A DNA stretch of 64,000 nt from an uncultured delta proteobacterium (GTDB taxonomy: Bacteria > Desulfobacterota > RBG-13-43-22), in the NCBI GenBank assembly GCA_963802945.1, contig CAWDKY010000025.1:64001-128000 (forward strand), given 5' to 3'. Positions 1 to 9,911 of this stretch are shown here, piece by piece. Position 1 is the first letter of the stretch; every line of letters begins with the position of its first letter. Both the position numbers and the translations under genes were made by a program. Below the pieces are notes generated by a model, which saw nothing but the letters and a program-made list of their open reading frames with translations, made no database searches and was not told the DNA's origin.

Positions 1-1665
1 TTCGGCCAAAGAGGCGGAAAGGGGATGGGCCCGGTCCACTTCAATATCCCGGTAGGTGCCGACCAGCAAGAGCCGCTTTCCCTCTAAGTAACGGCAGACA
101 TGCCCGAGCATCTCCAGAGTGCCCCTGTCGGCGCTATGCAGGTCCTCCAGCACAATCAGCAAAGGCTGGGCCTTTGAGGCATTGCCTAAGAAGTCGGTCA
201 CAGCCTGTAAGAGACGGTATCTTTCTTCCTCGGGGTTGACCTTGGGATCGGGCTCTATCTTGAGCCGCTCCCTCACCTCGGAGCAAATACGGGCCACGTC
301 GGGTGCACCTGTGCCCAGTTCCTTCCTGAGTTCAGTCAGGTCACGGTCTGTGGCGTAGGACCTCAAGGCCTCCACAAAGGCCAGATAAGGCAGGGATAGT
401 GAGCCTTCTTCATAGCAGTGACCGACGATGGATTTACCACCCCGCAGGCTTACATAAGTAGCCAACTGCTCGGTAAGGGCGGTTTTGCCGATGCCCGGCT
501 CACCCACTACCATTCTTAAAGAACCTTGTCCTGATAGGGTATTATCAAAAGCAGACTGGAGTTGTCTTAACTCCGGCTCCCGGCCGATGAACACCTTCCG
601 GTAGAGGGGATTCTCCACCATTACTTCTTTTGTGGATGCCTTCAAGGTTTTTCCTGCCTCGATGGTTTCCAAAGCCTTCAGCACCTCGGTGGCTGAAGCC
701 GGGCGTTTCTGCGGGTCTTTCTCCAAAAGCTGTAAAATGAGGGCGGACAGGGGAGAAGGTAGATCAGGTCTGTGCCAGGTAAGGGCCACAGGCGGGGTAT
801 TGATATGCTGTCCGATGATGGCCACGGCATCATCGCCGCTGAAAGGAGGCCGGCCGGTCAGCATCTCGTAGAGCATGGCTCCCAGAGAGTAAAGGTCTGC
901 TTTGGCCGTAACCTCACCACCCATGGCCTGCTCCGGCGGCATATAATAATAGGTGCCCACCATCATCCCGGATTGGGTCAGTCGGGAGAGCTCCATAGCG
1001 ATGGCCAGTCCGAAATCGCCGATCTTGGCTGTGCCGTCTGTGCCCATCCAGATATTGCCGGGCTTGATGTCCCGGTGGATAATACCTTTCCCATGGGCAT
1101 ACTCCAGACCTTTACACACGGCCTTGGCTATGCTGAGCGTTTTTTCAGGGGACAGGCGGTGCTCCGGGGCTTTCTCGATAAGACCCTCGACATCGCCGCC
1201 GGGCATGAGCGGTAAAACGACGTAGGGTTGACCATTCTCCTCGCCCATATCGAAGATACCGACGATATTGGGATGGTCGCCGAGTTTGCCCATGGCCTTC
1301 GCTTCCCGGCTGACACGCAGGCGGGAGGCTTTGTCCAGCTTCTCGGTCTTGATCAGGGCAAAGGCCACATCCCGGTCCAGCACCGTATCATGAGCCAGAT
1401 AGACTTTCTTCTTTCCCCCTTCACCCAAGAATTTTTTGACCTGATAGCGGCCATTGGCAAAGGAGGTGGGGACAGGGGAGGGCGGGAGCGTAACCGCCGG
1501 TGGAGCTTGAGTTAGAGGCTGGCCACATTGGAGGCAAAACTTAGCGGCAGGAGGATTGGCATGTTTGCACTGGGTACAAATCAATTCGTTCTGCAGTGTC
1601 CGGCCACAAACCATGCAAAACTTGGAATCATCAGGAAGCTCAATCAGGCAACTCGGGCATTTCAT
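1..1665 (-). CDS. Double zinc-ribbon + Hanks-type Ser/Thr kinase + AAA/STAND ATPase protein (3' end runs off window)
   Basis: Absent from the ORF track (no stop in window). Manual translation from ATG 1665 (GGAGG upstream) gives MKCPSC...FCMVCG...CTQCK...FCLQCG, kinase motifs HRDIKPGN, DFG and GTYYYMPPEQ, Walker A GEPGIGKT and Walker B LLIVLEDLH. Confidence 0.92.
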   Translation of the reverse strand, partial: MKCPSCLIELPDDSKFCMVCGRTLQNELICTQCKHANPPAAKFCLQCGQPLTQAPPAVTLPPSPVPTSFANGRYQVKKFLGEGGKKKVYLAHDTVLDRDVAFALIKTEKLDKASRLRVSREAKAMGKLGDHPNIVGIFDMGEENGQPYVVLPLMPGGDVEGLIEKAPEHRLSPEKTLSIAKAVCKGLEYAHGKGIIHRDIKPGNIWMGTDGTAKIGDFGLAIAMELSRLTQSGMMVGTYYYMPPEQAMGGEVTAKADLYSLGAMLYEMLTGRPPFSGDDAVAIIGQHINTPPVALTWHRPDLPSPLSALILQLLEKDPQKRPASATEVLKALETIEAGKTLKASTKEVMVENPLYRKVFIGREPELRQLQSAFDNTLSGQGSLRMVVGEPGIGKTALTEQLATYVSLRGGKSIVGHCYEEGSLSLPYLAFVEALRSYATDRDLTELRKELGTGAPDVARICSEVRERLKIEPDPKVNPEEERYRLLQAVTDFLGNASKAQPLLIVLEDLHSADRGTLEMLGHVCRYLEGKRLLLVGTYRDIEVDRAHPLSASLAE

Positions 1666-2081
1666 GATAACCTCCTATCAGAATTGCATGATGAGTATAG
1701 GTTGGTCATTGGTGATTGTCAAGAAGCCAGGGAATACGGCACCAGTTCGATTCATCAACATTTTCTGCTTTCTCAGGTTGGCTGGATTACCAAAGCTTTG
1801 GCATTATGTAAAACTTGATATAATTTGTTCATCATGCTATTTTAATTAAGAAAACATTATGTTTATGTCTATCAATTAAAGGGAAAAAAATAATAAATCC
1901 GCGCTGGACCTCAAATCTAAGAAGTGTGGACCTGACATCGATGAAAAAGCAACTGAATATATTGCAGCAAGCAGTTAACAGTATTTTAGTACTTACACGA
2001 TGATTGAAAATTTATATTGGGTTCAACCTATTTTTCATATAATATAAAAGCCATCTTTATTAATGAATGGAGTTTTATTAA

Positions 2082-2936
2082 ATGAAAAATTTCAAATGGA
2101 ATGTTTCAACCTGTTGGACCTTGTTTGTTGTGGCTTGCATCTTGATTTTCGTCGGTTGCGCCGGTATTCAAGCCCCGAGCAAGCCTGCTGCCGTTCCTGA
2201 GATCAGTCCCGGGCTCCTGAAGGGTTATCTGCCGTTCAACGCACTCCCCAACAGCTTGGCCTTGATTCCTCAACCCCCGACAACGGGCTCCACTGCTTTG
2301 GCCCTGGATGAGGAAATTTTTCGTAAAACTCGCACCTTTCGCGGTACACCGCGCTGGGAGCTGGCAACTCAAGACGCTGAGCTGAAGTTCCCGCAGGCGG
2401 CCGGGACTTTCTCTTGTGCCATCAATGCCCCGATCACCGAGAAGGATACCCCCCGTCTTTATATACTGATGCGTCGTACCCTCATGGATGCGGGACTTTC
2501 AACCTACGCGGCCAAGAGTAAATACAAACGACCCCGCCCTTTCGTTGTGAACAAAGAGACAAGCTGTACCCCTGATGAAGAAAAAAAACTGATGACCGAC
2601 GGATCATATCCTTCCGGCCATGCTTCTCTCGGCTGGGCTTGGGCCCTCATCCTCACGGAGATCGACCCGGAACATACCAATGCCATATTGGCCAGAGGCA
2701 GGGCTTTCGGTGAAAGCCGGGTAGTTTGCGGCGTCCATTGGCAGAGCGACGTGACCGAAGGGCAATTCATAGGAGCAGGTACAGTCGCCAGGTTACATGA
2801 CGATCCGGTCTTCCGCGCAGATATTGAGGCCGCCAAGGCCGAATTGGCAGCCGTCCGTGCTAAAGGCTTCAAACCGCTTCGTGATTGCCAGGCAGAAGCA
2901 GCGGCGATGGCCTTCCAGCCGCCCCCAGCTAAGTAG
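2082..2936 (+). CDS. Class A non-specific acid phosphatase (PAP2 superfamily), probable lipoprotein
   Basis: Motifs KSKYKRPRP, SYPSGH and SRVVCGVHWQSD; lipobox-like FVGC after a hydrophobic stretch. Confidence 0.9.
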   Translation: MKNFKWNVSTCWTLFVVACILIFVGCAGIQAPSKPAAVPEISPGLLKGYLPFNALPNSLALIPQPPTTGSTALALDEEIFRKTRTFRGTPRWELATQDAELKFPQAAGTFSCAINAPITEKDTPRLYILMRRTLMDAGLSTYAAKSKYKRPRPFVVNKETSCTPDEEKKLMTDGSYPSGHASLGWAWALILTEIDPEHTNAILARGRAFGESRVVCGVHWQSDVTEGQFIGAGTVARLHDDPVFRADIEAAKAELAAVRAKGFKPLRDCQAEAAAMAFQPPPAK

Positions 2937-3141
2937 CCGGCCGATTAAATTTATTTTGACAGGTTGAATAAAGGACTGAGGCTTTGTTATGTGTTTTCCA
3001 AAGCCCCAAATGAGGATTGGCCTTAGATCGGAATGACGGTCGCAGGGATTTAAAATTCAAGATTAAAGGTTTTTGACTTTTTTCATTTTAGCAGGAAGGG
3101 GTTAACAGCCGCCTCCCGTCGGCACCCGGTTGAACTACACC

Positions 3142-5337
3142 CTAAGCGTTAAGTGTCTCGCTGATTCTTGTTTTTGTTTCCTCATTCAGGAAATCCCATA
3201 ACCCCACCTTTTTTAAGGTATTGATCGTTGGGATTCCCGAATCGTTCCAACCCCGTTCCTGATAATAGACTTGAATCAACTTGCGAAGTTGCTCTTTCCT
3301 ATAGTTCATCAGAATTTCCCGTTTTTCTGATAGGTTCATGGCTGAGATCTCCGGGATGGGTTTTCCCAAAATCCGGCTCACTTCATGATCGTTATAATCC
3401 ATTTCAGCCTTATAGATTTGATCATCGGTCGGTCCGATGGCCCTGTCGGGTATCCAGTCGTGTTCCCCGGTAGTTTTTCCGTAAGTCATTATGTTCATAA
3501 CCCGCTGGAGATTGATATCCCGATCCGTCTGCTCGAAGATTTTTTCCCAGGTCATTTCCGTTCCCAGCATGCCGTTATAAAATTCGGCGTATATCTCCTG
3601 GGAAGCGGGATTGATGTATTTATCCGTATCCTTTTTGTTTTCGGACTCGGGATTGAACACATCCACCCAGGGGAGCTTGCACAGACCCAGATTGTCGTTT
3701 CCCAGACGGACACGGGGATAGGTGATCAAGGCCCTGGCCTTGGCTTCAAAAGTAGGAAAGGCCCCGATTAGATCCAACTTGATGAGCCAGGCGGCGGCAT
3801 GATGGGCTCCGATATCGCTGGCCGCTGCATAGGAACCCTGCATGGACAAGGAGCGGTGGGTGCGGTAAAGCGAGAAGGGAAGCCCTTTGGTGTGCATGGC
3901 AAAGCGTGCCAGCTCTTTTAAAGGAGCCGCCTTTCCTGTTCTCCGAGCATATTTCCCGGCTATCCAGTTGATTAATTCAATCATTCCTTTGCCGGCTGTT
4001 TCAGCCAATTCGTTTTCCTTATAGGCAATTTGATGGATAAAGGCCAAGGCTGCTTTTTGATCGCCCCAGTTCAATTTAAATCCGTTGGTATCCTCTTCCG
4101 TCAGATAACCTCTTTGAAAGCATTCCATGATCAAGGCCATAATGACGGCCACGGTAATGGTATCCATGCCATAGTTGTCGCAGTGCCAGTTGGCCTCCAT
4201 GATAAACTCAGGATTCCATATGCCGAGGTTGGAACCGAAGCCGGCGGCTGTTTCATATTCCGGCCCATCCACCCAGACCCGCTCTTGGCGGGGACCGGTG
4301 GTCAGGGTCACGCAGCCCCCCTTGGTGCATCTCAAATTGCATCCCGGAAAACAGCCATCCATCCCACGATGCTCAAATAATCGCTCGGCATAGGTCGTAC
4401 CACATATCTGCCCGGCCTGAGGGTCTGACCCAAACTGGTAATTTTTCACCGGCAGGGACTGATAGGCCTCTTGATTCATGAAAGAGATCAGACCGGCAGA
4501 GCCCTTCTTGGACATTTGCAAGGAGTTCGGGTCGACTTCCTTGACGACTTTGTGAAGCCGGGCCCCGGCCTTTTTGACCCTCTCCCAGTCATGAGCGCCA
4601 TAGGGGTTTTCGCCGTGAGGATATTCAGCCAGGATAACGACGGCCCGTATATTTTTATCCATCATCACCGAACCCAGACCGGTCCTGCCGGCCTGTTTGG
4701 TTCGAAAAATGCCTCGGCTTCCATCCATCGGTTTAGTAGGATCATAGTAATGACTGTTAATACATCCATAGGTCGTATTGGCGGCCCCAATACCTGTAGA
4801 AATAAAAACGATATCTTTTTTGCCATAACCCTGACCCAAGAATTCATCGACCAGATTCTTTCCGAATGCAAAAACCTGATCAATGGCCGATGCCTCTGTC
4901 AAATAGATCTCGCCTTTAAAACCATCGATGACAATCATGGTGCCTTTTGGAGCTTTCCCGATTATTTCCAAGACATCGAAACCGGCATATTTAAGGTAAG
5001 CTCCGAAATGCCCTCCGAAATTGGAAACACCGGGGATATGGGTTATGGGAGATAGCGATATGGCCATGCATTTGCTGGTGCCTGGGAACTGAGGGATGCC
5101 CCCGAGAGGCCCGGGAGACAGTATCAGGGGATTTTCCGGATCATAGGCCGAGGTTTTTGAGGTTACCCTTCTGTGAAGGAAATATAGGCCCAGTGCCCGG
5201 CCGCCTATAAAGAAGTCCCTTATCTTCGGATCCAGTTTTTGGACCTTGATGTCACCTGTGTCCACATAGATGGAAAGTGTCTGATTGGCATATCCGTGAT
5301 GAAGATGAGGTTTTGAATAGCTCATCATTTTTGACAA
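3142..5337 (-). CDS. Tungsten-dependent aldehyde:ferredoxin oxidoreductase (AOR/WOR family)
   Basis: FIGGRALG, SNFGGHFGAYLKYAGFD, AGRTGLGSVM, CFPGCNLRC, GPEYET, CDNYGMD, LGLCKLPW, YYQERGW; TTG start after GAGG. Confidence 0.9.
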   Translation of the reverse strand: MSKMMSYSKPHLHHGYANQTLSIYVDTGDIKVQKLDPKIRDFFIGGRALGLYFLHRRVTSKTSAYDPENPLILSPGPLGGIPQFPGTSKCMAISLSPITHIPGVSNFGGHFGAYLKYAGFDVLEIIGKAPKGTMIVIDGFKGEIYLTEASAIDQVFAFGKNLVDEFLGQGYGKKDIVFISTGIGAANTTYGCINSHYYDPTKPMDGSRGIFRTKQAGRTGLGSVMMDKNIRAVVILAEYPHGENPYGAHDWERVKKAGARLHKVVKEVDPNSLQMSKKGSAGLISFMNQEAYQSLPVKNYQFGSDPQAGQICGTTYAERLFEHRGMDGCFPGCNLRCTKGGCVTLTTGPRQERVWVDGPEYETAAGFGSNLGIWNPEFIMEANWHCDNYGMDTITVAVIMALIMECFQRGYLTEEDTNGFKLNWGDQKAALAFIHQIAYKENELAETAGKGMIELINWIAGKYARRTGKAAPLKELARFAMHTKGLPFSLYRTHRSLSMQGSYAAASDIGAHHAAAWLIKLDLIGAFPTFEAKARALITYPRVRLGNDNLGLCKLPWVDVFNPESENKKDTDKYINPASQEIYAEFYNGMLGTEMTWEKIFEQTDRDINLQRVMNIMTYGKTTGEHDWIPDRAIGPTDDQIYKAEMDYNDHEVSRILGKPIPEISAMNLSEKREILMNYRKEQLRKLIQVYYQERGWNDSGIPTINTLKKVGLWDFLNEETKTRISETLNA

Positions 5338-5836
5338 TACATTCCTCTTTTTGAGTTGTTATAACCGAATTGGGCGAGTATAAGATAGAGAGGAAAAGGG
5401 AGTCAAGGAGAAAATCGGTGAAAAAAGAGAAGAAAAATCGGACCGGTTCGAGATAATCGAACGGGAGTTAGAATCGAAAGAAAATGAAAGGAATGAAAAG
5501 GGTGGGCGGTCTTCTGGGTGTTACCATAGAAAGAATGACAAAAGAAATCTAATACACCTCGGATCGGCCCTTCTTAAAGCAAGGTGGATAGAAAAACTTC
5601 AACCCTTTGAAGAGCGGGGGTACAATAAAAGAAAGGGTGCGGATCGCCGATAGGAGATGAAGATATCCCTACCATGGTAACCAGCACAGAACTTCAGCGG
5701 AAGAAATGGCTTGACGACGTCAGGGTCTGCATTGATCTATTTTTTCCAAAAGAAAGCAAGGCAAAGACCCCATAGGGCAATAATTGCTTATAAGAAGAAT
5801 AATGTACCCACAAAAAGTAGACGTTAGCATGTTTTC

Positions 5837-5863
5837 GTCATTCCGGTGAAAGCCGGAATTCAG
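5837..5863. repeat. REP-like palindrome (GTCATTCCGG-TGAAAG-CCGGAATTCAG)
   Basis: Hairpin with the same GTCATTCC...GGAAT(C/T)CAG pattern as the element at 46268-46359. Confidence 0.6.
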
Positions 5864-5956
5864 TTTTTTGAGTAGTTAGACTTAAGCTTTGGAATGGAAG
5901 CAAGAAATAAACACTGATTTCTTGACGTTTGTTGTAAAGAGGTCTAAGAGTTTAAC

Positions 5957-6907
5957 ATGAAAAAAGCTGTTTTTCTATTTTGGATATCCCTTGGATTGTG
6001 CCTGACTTCGGGCCTTTCTGCCAAGGAACCGGGAAAGCCCCTCAGGGTGGTCTGTACCATTCTTCCCATCTATTCTCTGACGCTCAATGTGATTAACGGA
6101 ATTTCGGGTGTCCAGGTTGAACTGCTCCTGCCGCCCCAACAAGGGTGCCCCCATAATTATGATGTGACCCCGGGTGATTTGATTAAGTTGTCCCGGACCG
6201 ATCTTATTATCACCAATGGTTTAGGAATGGAAGAATTCCTGGGCAAGGCCTTGAAACAAGGCCACCTCAAAGCTCGAGTCATTGAGGCGGCTGAAAAAGT
6301 GGAACCCATAGTGAATACCCCAGATGCGAGGTCTTCACACTATTCCAAAAACTCAACCGCTACCGACCATGGCCATGACCATGCCGAATCGGTTAATGGA
6401 CATGCCTGGGTCAGTCCAAAGGCAGCAGCCGTCATGGTTGGGACCATTGCCGAAGGGCTGGCCATTCAAGACCCTGTTCATGAGCGAGAATATCGTTTCA
6501 ATGCCAAGCAGTATTCAATGAGACTGGAAGGGCTGGCCCGCGAAATGAAGGCCTGGGTCTCTCGGGCCAAAAATAAAAAATGTCTGGCCTTTCATGATGT
6601 CCTGGCCTATCTGGCCCGGGATATCGGGCTGACCATCATCGGAGTCATTGAATCCCATCCAGGGATAGAACCCTCTCCAAAGGATATGATCCGGCTGATC
6701 TATATGTTAAAAAGCCAAAAAGCTGTGGCTATCTTTTCAGAACCTCAATATTCTGATAAAATAGCTCGAACTCTATCCCGTGAATCAGGGGTTCCGTTAT
6801 TCGAACTGGATCCGGTGGCTACCGGGAAACCGGCAGCCGATACTTATGAAAAGGCCATGAGGAAGAATCTTGAGATATTGCGTAAGGCAGTAAAAGAATA
6901 TGAATAA
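5957..6907 (+). CDS. znuA: Zn/Mn ABC transporter substrate-binding protein (ZnuA/TroA family)
   Basis: Signal peptide, CPHNYD, NGLGME, His-rich DHGHDH..HAWVSP, FHDVLAYL, FSEPQ. Confidence 0.85.
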   Translation: MKKAVFLFWISLGLCLTSGLSAKEPGKPLRVVCTILPIYSLTLNVINGISGVQVELLLPPQQGCPHNYDVTPGDLIKLSRTDLIITNGLGMEEFLGKALKQGHLKARVIEAAEKVEPIVNTPDARSSHYSKNSTATDHGHDHAESVNGHAWVSPKAAAVMVGTIAEGLAIQDPVHEREYRFNAKQYSMRLEGLAREMKAWVSRAKNKKCLAFHDVLAYLARDIGLTIIGVIESHPGIEPSPKDMIRLIYMLKSQKAVAIFSEPQYSDKIARTLSRESGVPLFELDPVATGKPAADTYEKAMRKNLEILRKAVKEYE

Positions 6908-6930
6908 TAGGAGCGAATTAGCACTTCAGT

Positions 6931-7005
6931 ACGAATATTGAATAACGAACATCGAATTTCGAATCAGGAAGCAATTGGTTTCTATTTAACTTCGACATTT
7001 AGAAT
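6931..7005. repeat. Intergenic degenerate 7-mer tandem array (ACGAATA/TTGAATA/ACGAACA/TCGAATT/TCGAATC) with a short inverted copy
   Basis: Period-7 repeats at 6931-6965; partial complement TTCGACATTTAGAAT near 6991-7005. Confidence 0.6.
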
Positions 7006-7047
7006 TTTCCTGCTACGTTGCGCCCCAAAAGGGTTTGAGTGTTTATT

Positions 7048-7827
7048 ATGCATCCAGATCAAAATATTGTTTATCCGTCAGCTATTGAAGTCAGGAATCT
7101 CGGGGTGTCTCTTCGCAACATTGAGATCCTTAAGGAAGTGAATTGTTCTTTTCCTGCCGGAGAAACTACAGCCGTTATCGGGCCTAACGGGGCAGGAAAG
7201 ACAACCTTGCTACTGGCCATCCTGGGATTGATCCCTTATACCGGGAGCATTGATTTTAATCAGGCCGTGGGTGAACGTCCTTCCATCGGCTATATTCCTC
7301 AACGCCTGGAATTTGACCGGGGTCTGCCTTGTACGGTAGAAGATCTGATCACCCTTTCCATCAGCAGGAAAGCTCTCTGGTTGGGAAAAAATAAAAAGAT
7401 CAGGGAACGGGTTAGAAGCGGGCTGCATAAAGTTGGGGCCCAGGCATTAAGAGACCGGTTTATCGGCAAACTCTCCGGCGGGGAATTGCAGCGGGTACTT
7501 CTGGCCATGGCCTTGGAAGGAAATCCCAAAATCTTGCTTCTGGATGAACCGACAGCCGGGATCGATGCCCCGGGAGAGGAGCTTTTCTGCGACCTCCTGT
7601 CTGATATTCAGGATCAGGCCCAGTTGACCGTCATCTTGGTTTCTCACGATCTTTCTGTGGTTTCTAACCACGCCAACCACGTCATTTGTTTAAATAAGAC
7701 GGTCCGTTGTTCCGGCGGACTCAGCACACTCACCGAAGAGAACCTGCTCAAGACCTTTGGGCTTCATGTCCAAATTTATCCCCATCCTCATGGCCCACAT
7801 CCATCCATTAGGGATCACAACTCCTGA
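7048..7827 (+). CDS. znuC: Metal ABC transporter ATP-binding protein
   Basis: GPNGAGKT, LSGGELQR, LLLDEP, VSHD; start at ATG 7048 or GTG 7039. Confidence 0.88.
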   Translation: MHPDQNIVYPSAIEVRNLGVSLRNIEILKEVNCSFPAGETTAVIGPNGAGKTTLLLAILGLIPYTGSIDFNQAVGERPSIGYIPQRLEFDRGLPCTVEDLITLSISRKALWLGKNKKIRERVRSGLHKVGAQALRDRFIGKLSGGELQRVLLAMALEGNPKILLLDEPTAGIDAPGEELFCDLLSDIQDQAQLTVILVSHDLSVVSNHANHVICLNKTVRCSGGLSTLTEENLLKTFGLHVQIYPHPHGPHPSIRDHNS

Positions 7828-7829
7828 CT

Positions 7830-8678
7830 ATGGAAGCCTTCTTTCAGCCTATATATTCTTTTTTGCAAGTCTGGGTCCCTTTTGAATGGGCTCAATTTGC
7901 TTTCGTCTGGCGGGCCATAGGGGCTATGTTGATCATTGCCCCCCTCTGCGCTGTTTTGGGGGTTCATGTGGTCAATTTCAGGATGGCTTTTTTTTCCGAT
8001 GCCATAAGCCATTCCACCTTTGCTGGCGTGGCCCTGGGAGTCCTCTGGGGCCTGAATCCCATGTTCACACTGGTAGGATTTGGGATTTTGGCTGGGCTCA
8101 GCATTACCTTGGTCAAGGACCGGTCTGATTTGTCTTCCGATACGGTGATTAGTGTTATTCTGTCGGCTACCGTGGCTATTGGGATTACAGTCCTTTATGC
8201 CCAAAAAGAAACCCGCAATCTCGAAACCTACCTATACGGATCTATTTTAGCTGTCAGTGAATTAAAACTTTTTTTGCTTCTAGTGGTCGGGATTCTTATT
8301 TTTTTGGTTATGATCCCCTTGTTCAATCGGTTGTTGTTAATCAGCCTTAATCACCACCTGGCTGCTTCCCGAGGGGTTCCGGTCAGGGGGTTGGAATATA
8401 TTTTTTCCCTGATACTGGCCGTCATGGTGACCTTCAGTATTCAGGTCATAGGACTTTTTTTGGTCACCGCCATGTTGGTTGTGCCGGCGGCTACAGCCAG
8501 AAATCTGGCTGGAAGCATGTCCGGTTTGTTCTGGGTGGCTGTGATCTCTTCCTTGATAGCGGGTATTGCCGGAATCCTGCTCTCTTTCTATTTGAACGCA
8601 CCGGTTGGGGCGGCTACTATTTTAATCAGCTGTATCTTTTTCCTTTTTTCTTGGATTAAAATAAGATGGTTGTCGTAA
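7830..8678 (+). CDS. znuB: Metal ABC transporter permease
   Basis: Multi-TM protein with MAFFSDAISHSTFAGVALG, YLYGSILAV and VPAATAR. Confidence 0.88.
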   Translation: MEAFFQPIYSFLQVWVPFEWAQFAFVWRAIGAMLIIAPLCAVLGVHVVNFRMAFFSDAISHSTFAGVALGVLWGLNPMFTLVGFGILAGLSITLVKDRSDLSSDTVISVILSATVAIGITVLYAQKETRNLETYLYGSILAVSELKLFLLLVVGILIFLVMIPLFNRLLLISLNHHLAASRGVPVRGLEYIFSLILAVMVTFSIQVIGLFLVTAMLVVPAATARNLAGSMSGLFWVAVISSLIAGIAGILLSFYLNAPVGAATILISCIFFLFSWIKIRWLS

Positions 8679-8822
8679 GAGACCTTAACAGGTTGCTGAA
8701 ACCGGGCACCGCCTCGATGGGGTGGGAGTGAGACGAGATGTGGGGCGAACAAAAAGGCCCATTTATCCCGCTAAAGGCGGGACTGGGATATTATTTTAAA
8801 TCAAAACAAAGCATTTTTTCAT

Positions 8823-8851
8823 TTGACATAAAATACCGTTTTGAGTAAAAT
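8823..8851 (+). promoter_or_regulatory. Sigma70 promoter of the tRNA pair
   Basis: TTGACA (8823-8828), 17 bp spacer, TAAAAT (8846-8851), 12 bp before tRNA-Gly. Confidence 0.8.
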
Positions 8852-8863
8852 ATTTTTATTTGA

Positions 8864-8938
<75 letters not shown>

Positions 8939-8960
8939 GATACAGGGTTCCTGTCTGTAA

Positions 8961-9036
8961 GGCGGCATAGCCAAGTGGCTAAGGCAGCGGTCTGCAAAAC
9001 CGTTATTCACCGGTTCGAGTCCGGTTGCCGCCTCCA
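8961..9036 (+). tRNA. tRNA-Cys(GCA)
   Basis: GGCGGCA acceptor stem, anticodon loop CTGCAAA, GGTTCGAGTCC T-arm, encoded CCA. Confidence 0.97.
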
Positions 9037-9071
9037 TTTTTTTTAAGTCATTGTTTGCCTGCCTTCGAAAC

Positions 9072-9911
9072 ATGAAATCCATTATAGCTTTTTTAATCAT
9101 TGCTCTTTTATTTTTCCCTTCCGTCCTAACTGGGCAGGACAAACCCAATCCTGCGCTGATTTCCTGGCAAACTCTTTCCCCTGGTCTCTCCTTTCTTCGC
9201 TGGGCGGTCCGTTCTGAAAATACCGTAGTGGATACTATAGCCATATTACGCATTCATCCTGAGTACTGGTCATTTAAAGTATTTTTTAACGGGGAACCCA
9301 AAACGATCAAGGAATGGCAGCAGACTACCGGGGCCACCGTCGTTTGCAATGGAGGATTTTATCTGGAAAATTTTCAACCGGCCGGAAGAATTCTGGTTGA
9401 TGGAACCTTCCTGGGACCTCTCAGAAACCGGCACATGAAAGGGATGTTCCTGGCTGAACCTAAAAAAGATTTTGAGCATCTTCCCAAAGCGGTTTTAATT
9501 GATTTAAAAGACAATGACAGCGAGGAGCGAATTTCTTCCTACCTGCAGGGGATTCAGTCTTTTCCCATCCTCTTGGATCCTAAAGGGCAGGTCCGGGTAA
9601 ATCCAAGCAGTTTTCAGACCAACAGAACAGTCTTGGCCCAGGATCGATTAGGGTATATTTATCTTTTAGTAACGGAGAAGCCCTATTTTACCCTTTATGA
9701 TTTTGGAAATTATTTAAAAGGTCTCCCTTTTGGATTTAAATTCATTTTAAATTTAGATGGAGGGTCTCGAACTCAATTATTAATTAAAGCCAATACGTTT
9801 AAATATTTTTCCAGCGGTCAGGGGGAAGGGAAAGACCCTTCACGTCTCTTTTTCCCAGAGGCTGTCAAGCTTCCTTCAGTGATCGGTATTTTCCCGAGAG
9901 GCCGCCGTTGA
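9072..9911 (+). CDS. Exported phosphodiester glycosidase family protein (NAGPA/DUF2233-like)
   Basis: Signal peptide from ATG 9072; NGGFY, QSFPIL, RTVLA and the LNLDGGSRT motif. Confidence 0.75.
   Translation: MKSIIAFLIIALLFFPSVLTGQDKPNPALISWQTLSPGLSFLRWAVRSENTVVDTIAILRIHPEYWSFKVFFNGEPKTIKEWQQTTGATVVCNGGFYLENFQPAGRILVDGTFLGPLRNRHMKGMFLAEPKKDFEHLPKAVLIDLKDNDSEERISSYLQGIQSFPILLDPKGQVRVNPSSFQTNRTVLAQDRLGYIYLLVTEKPYFTLYDFGNYLKGLPFGFKFILNLDGGSRTQLLIKANTFKYFSSGQGEGKDPSRLFFPEAVKLPSVIGIFPRGRR

Noticed and set aside
119-1849. Plus-strand ORFs in the track
   Set aside because: Antisense shadows of the minus-strand kinase/ATPase gene.
3142-5337. Class II benzoyl-CoA reductase BamB
   Set aside because: No bamC-I genes nearby and no diagnostic residues I can verify by eye.
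5338-5836. Leader peptide or riboswitch (Moco/Wco) upstream of AOR or znuA
   Set aside because: Purine-rich spacer with only short broken frames and no recognisable consensus.
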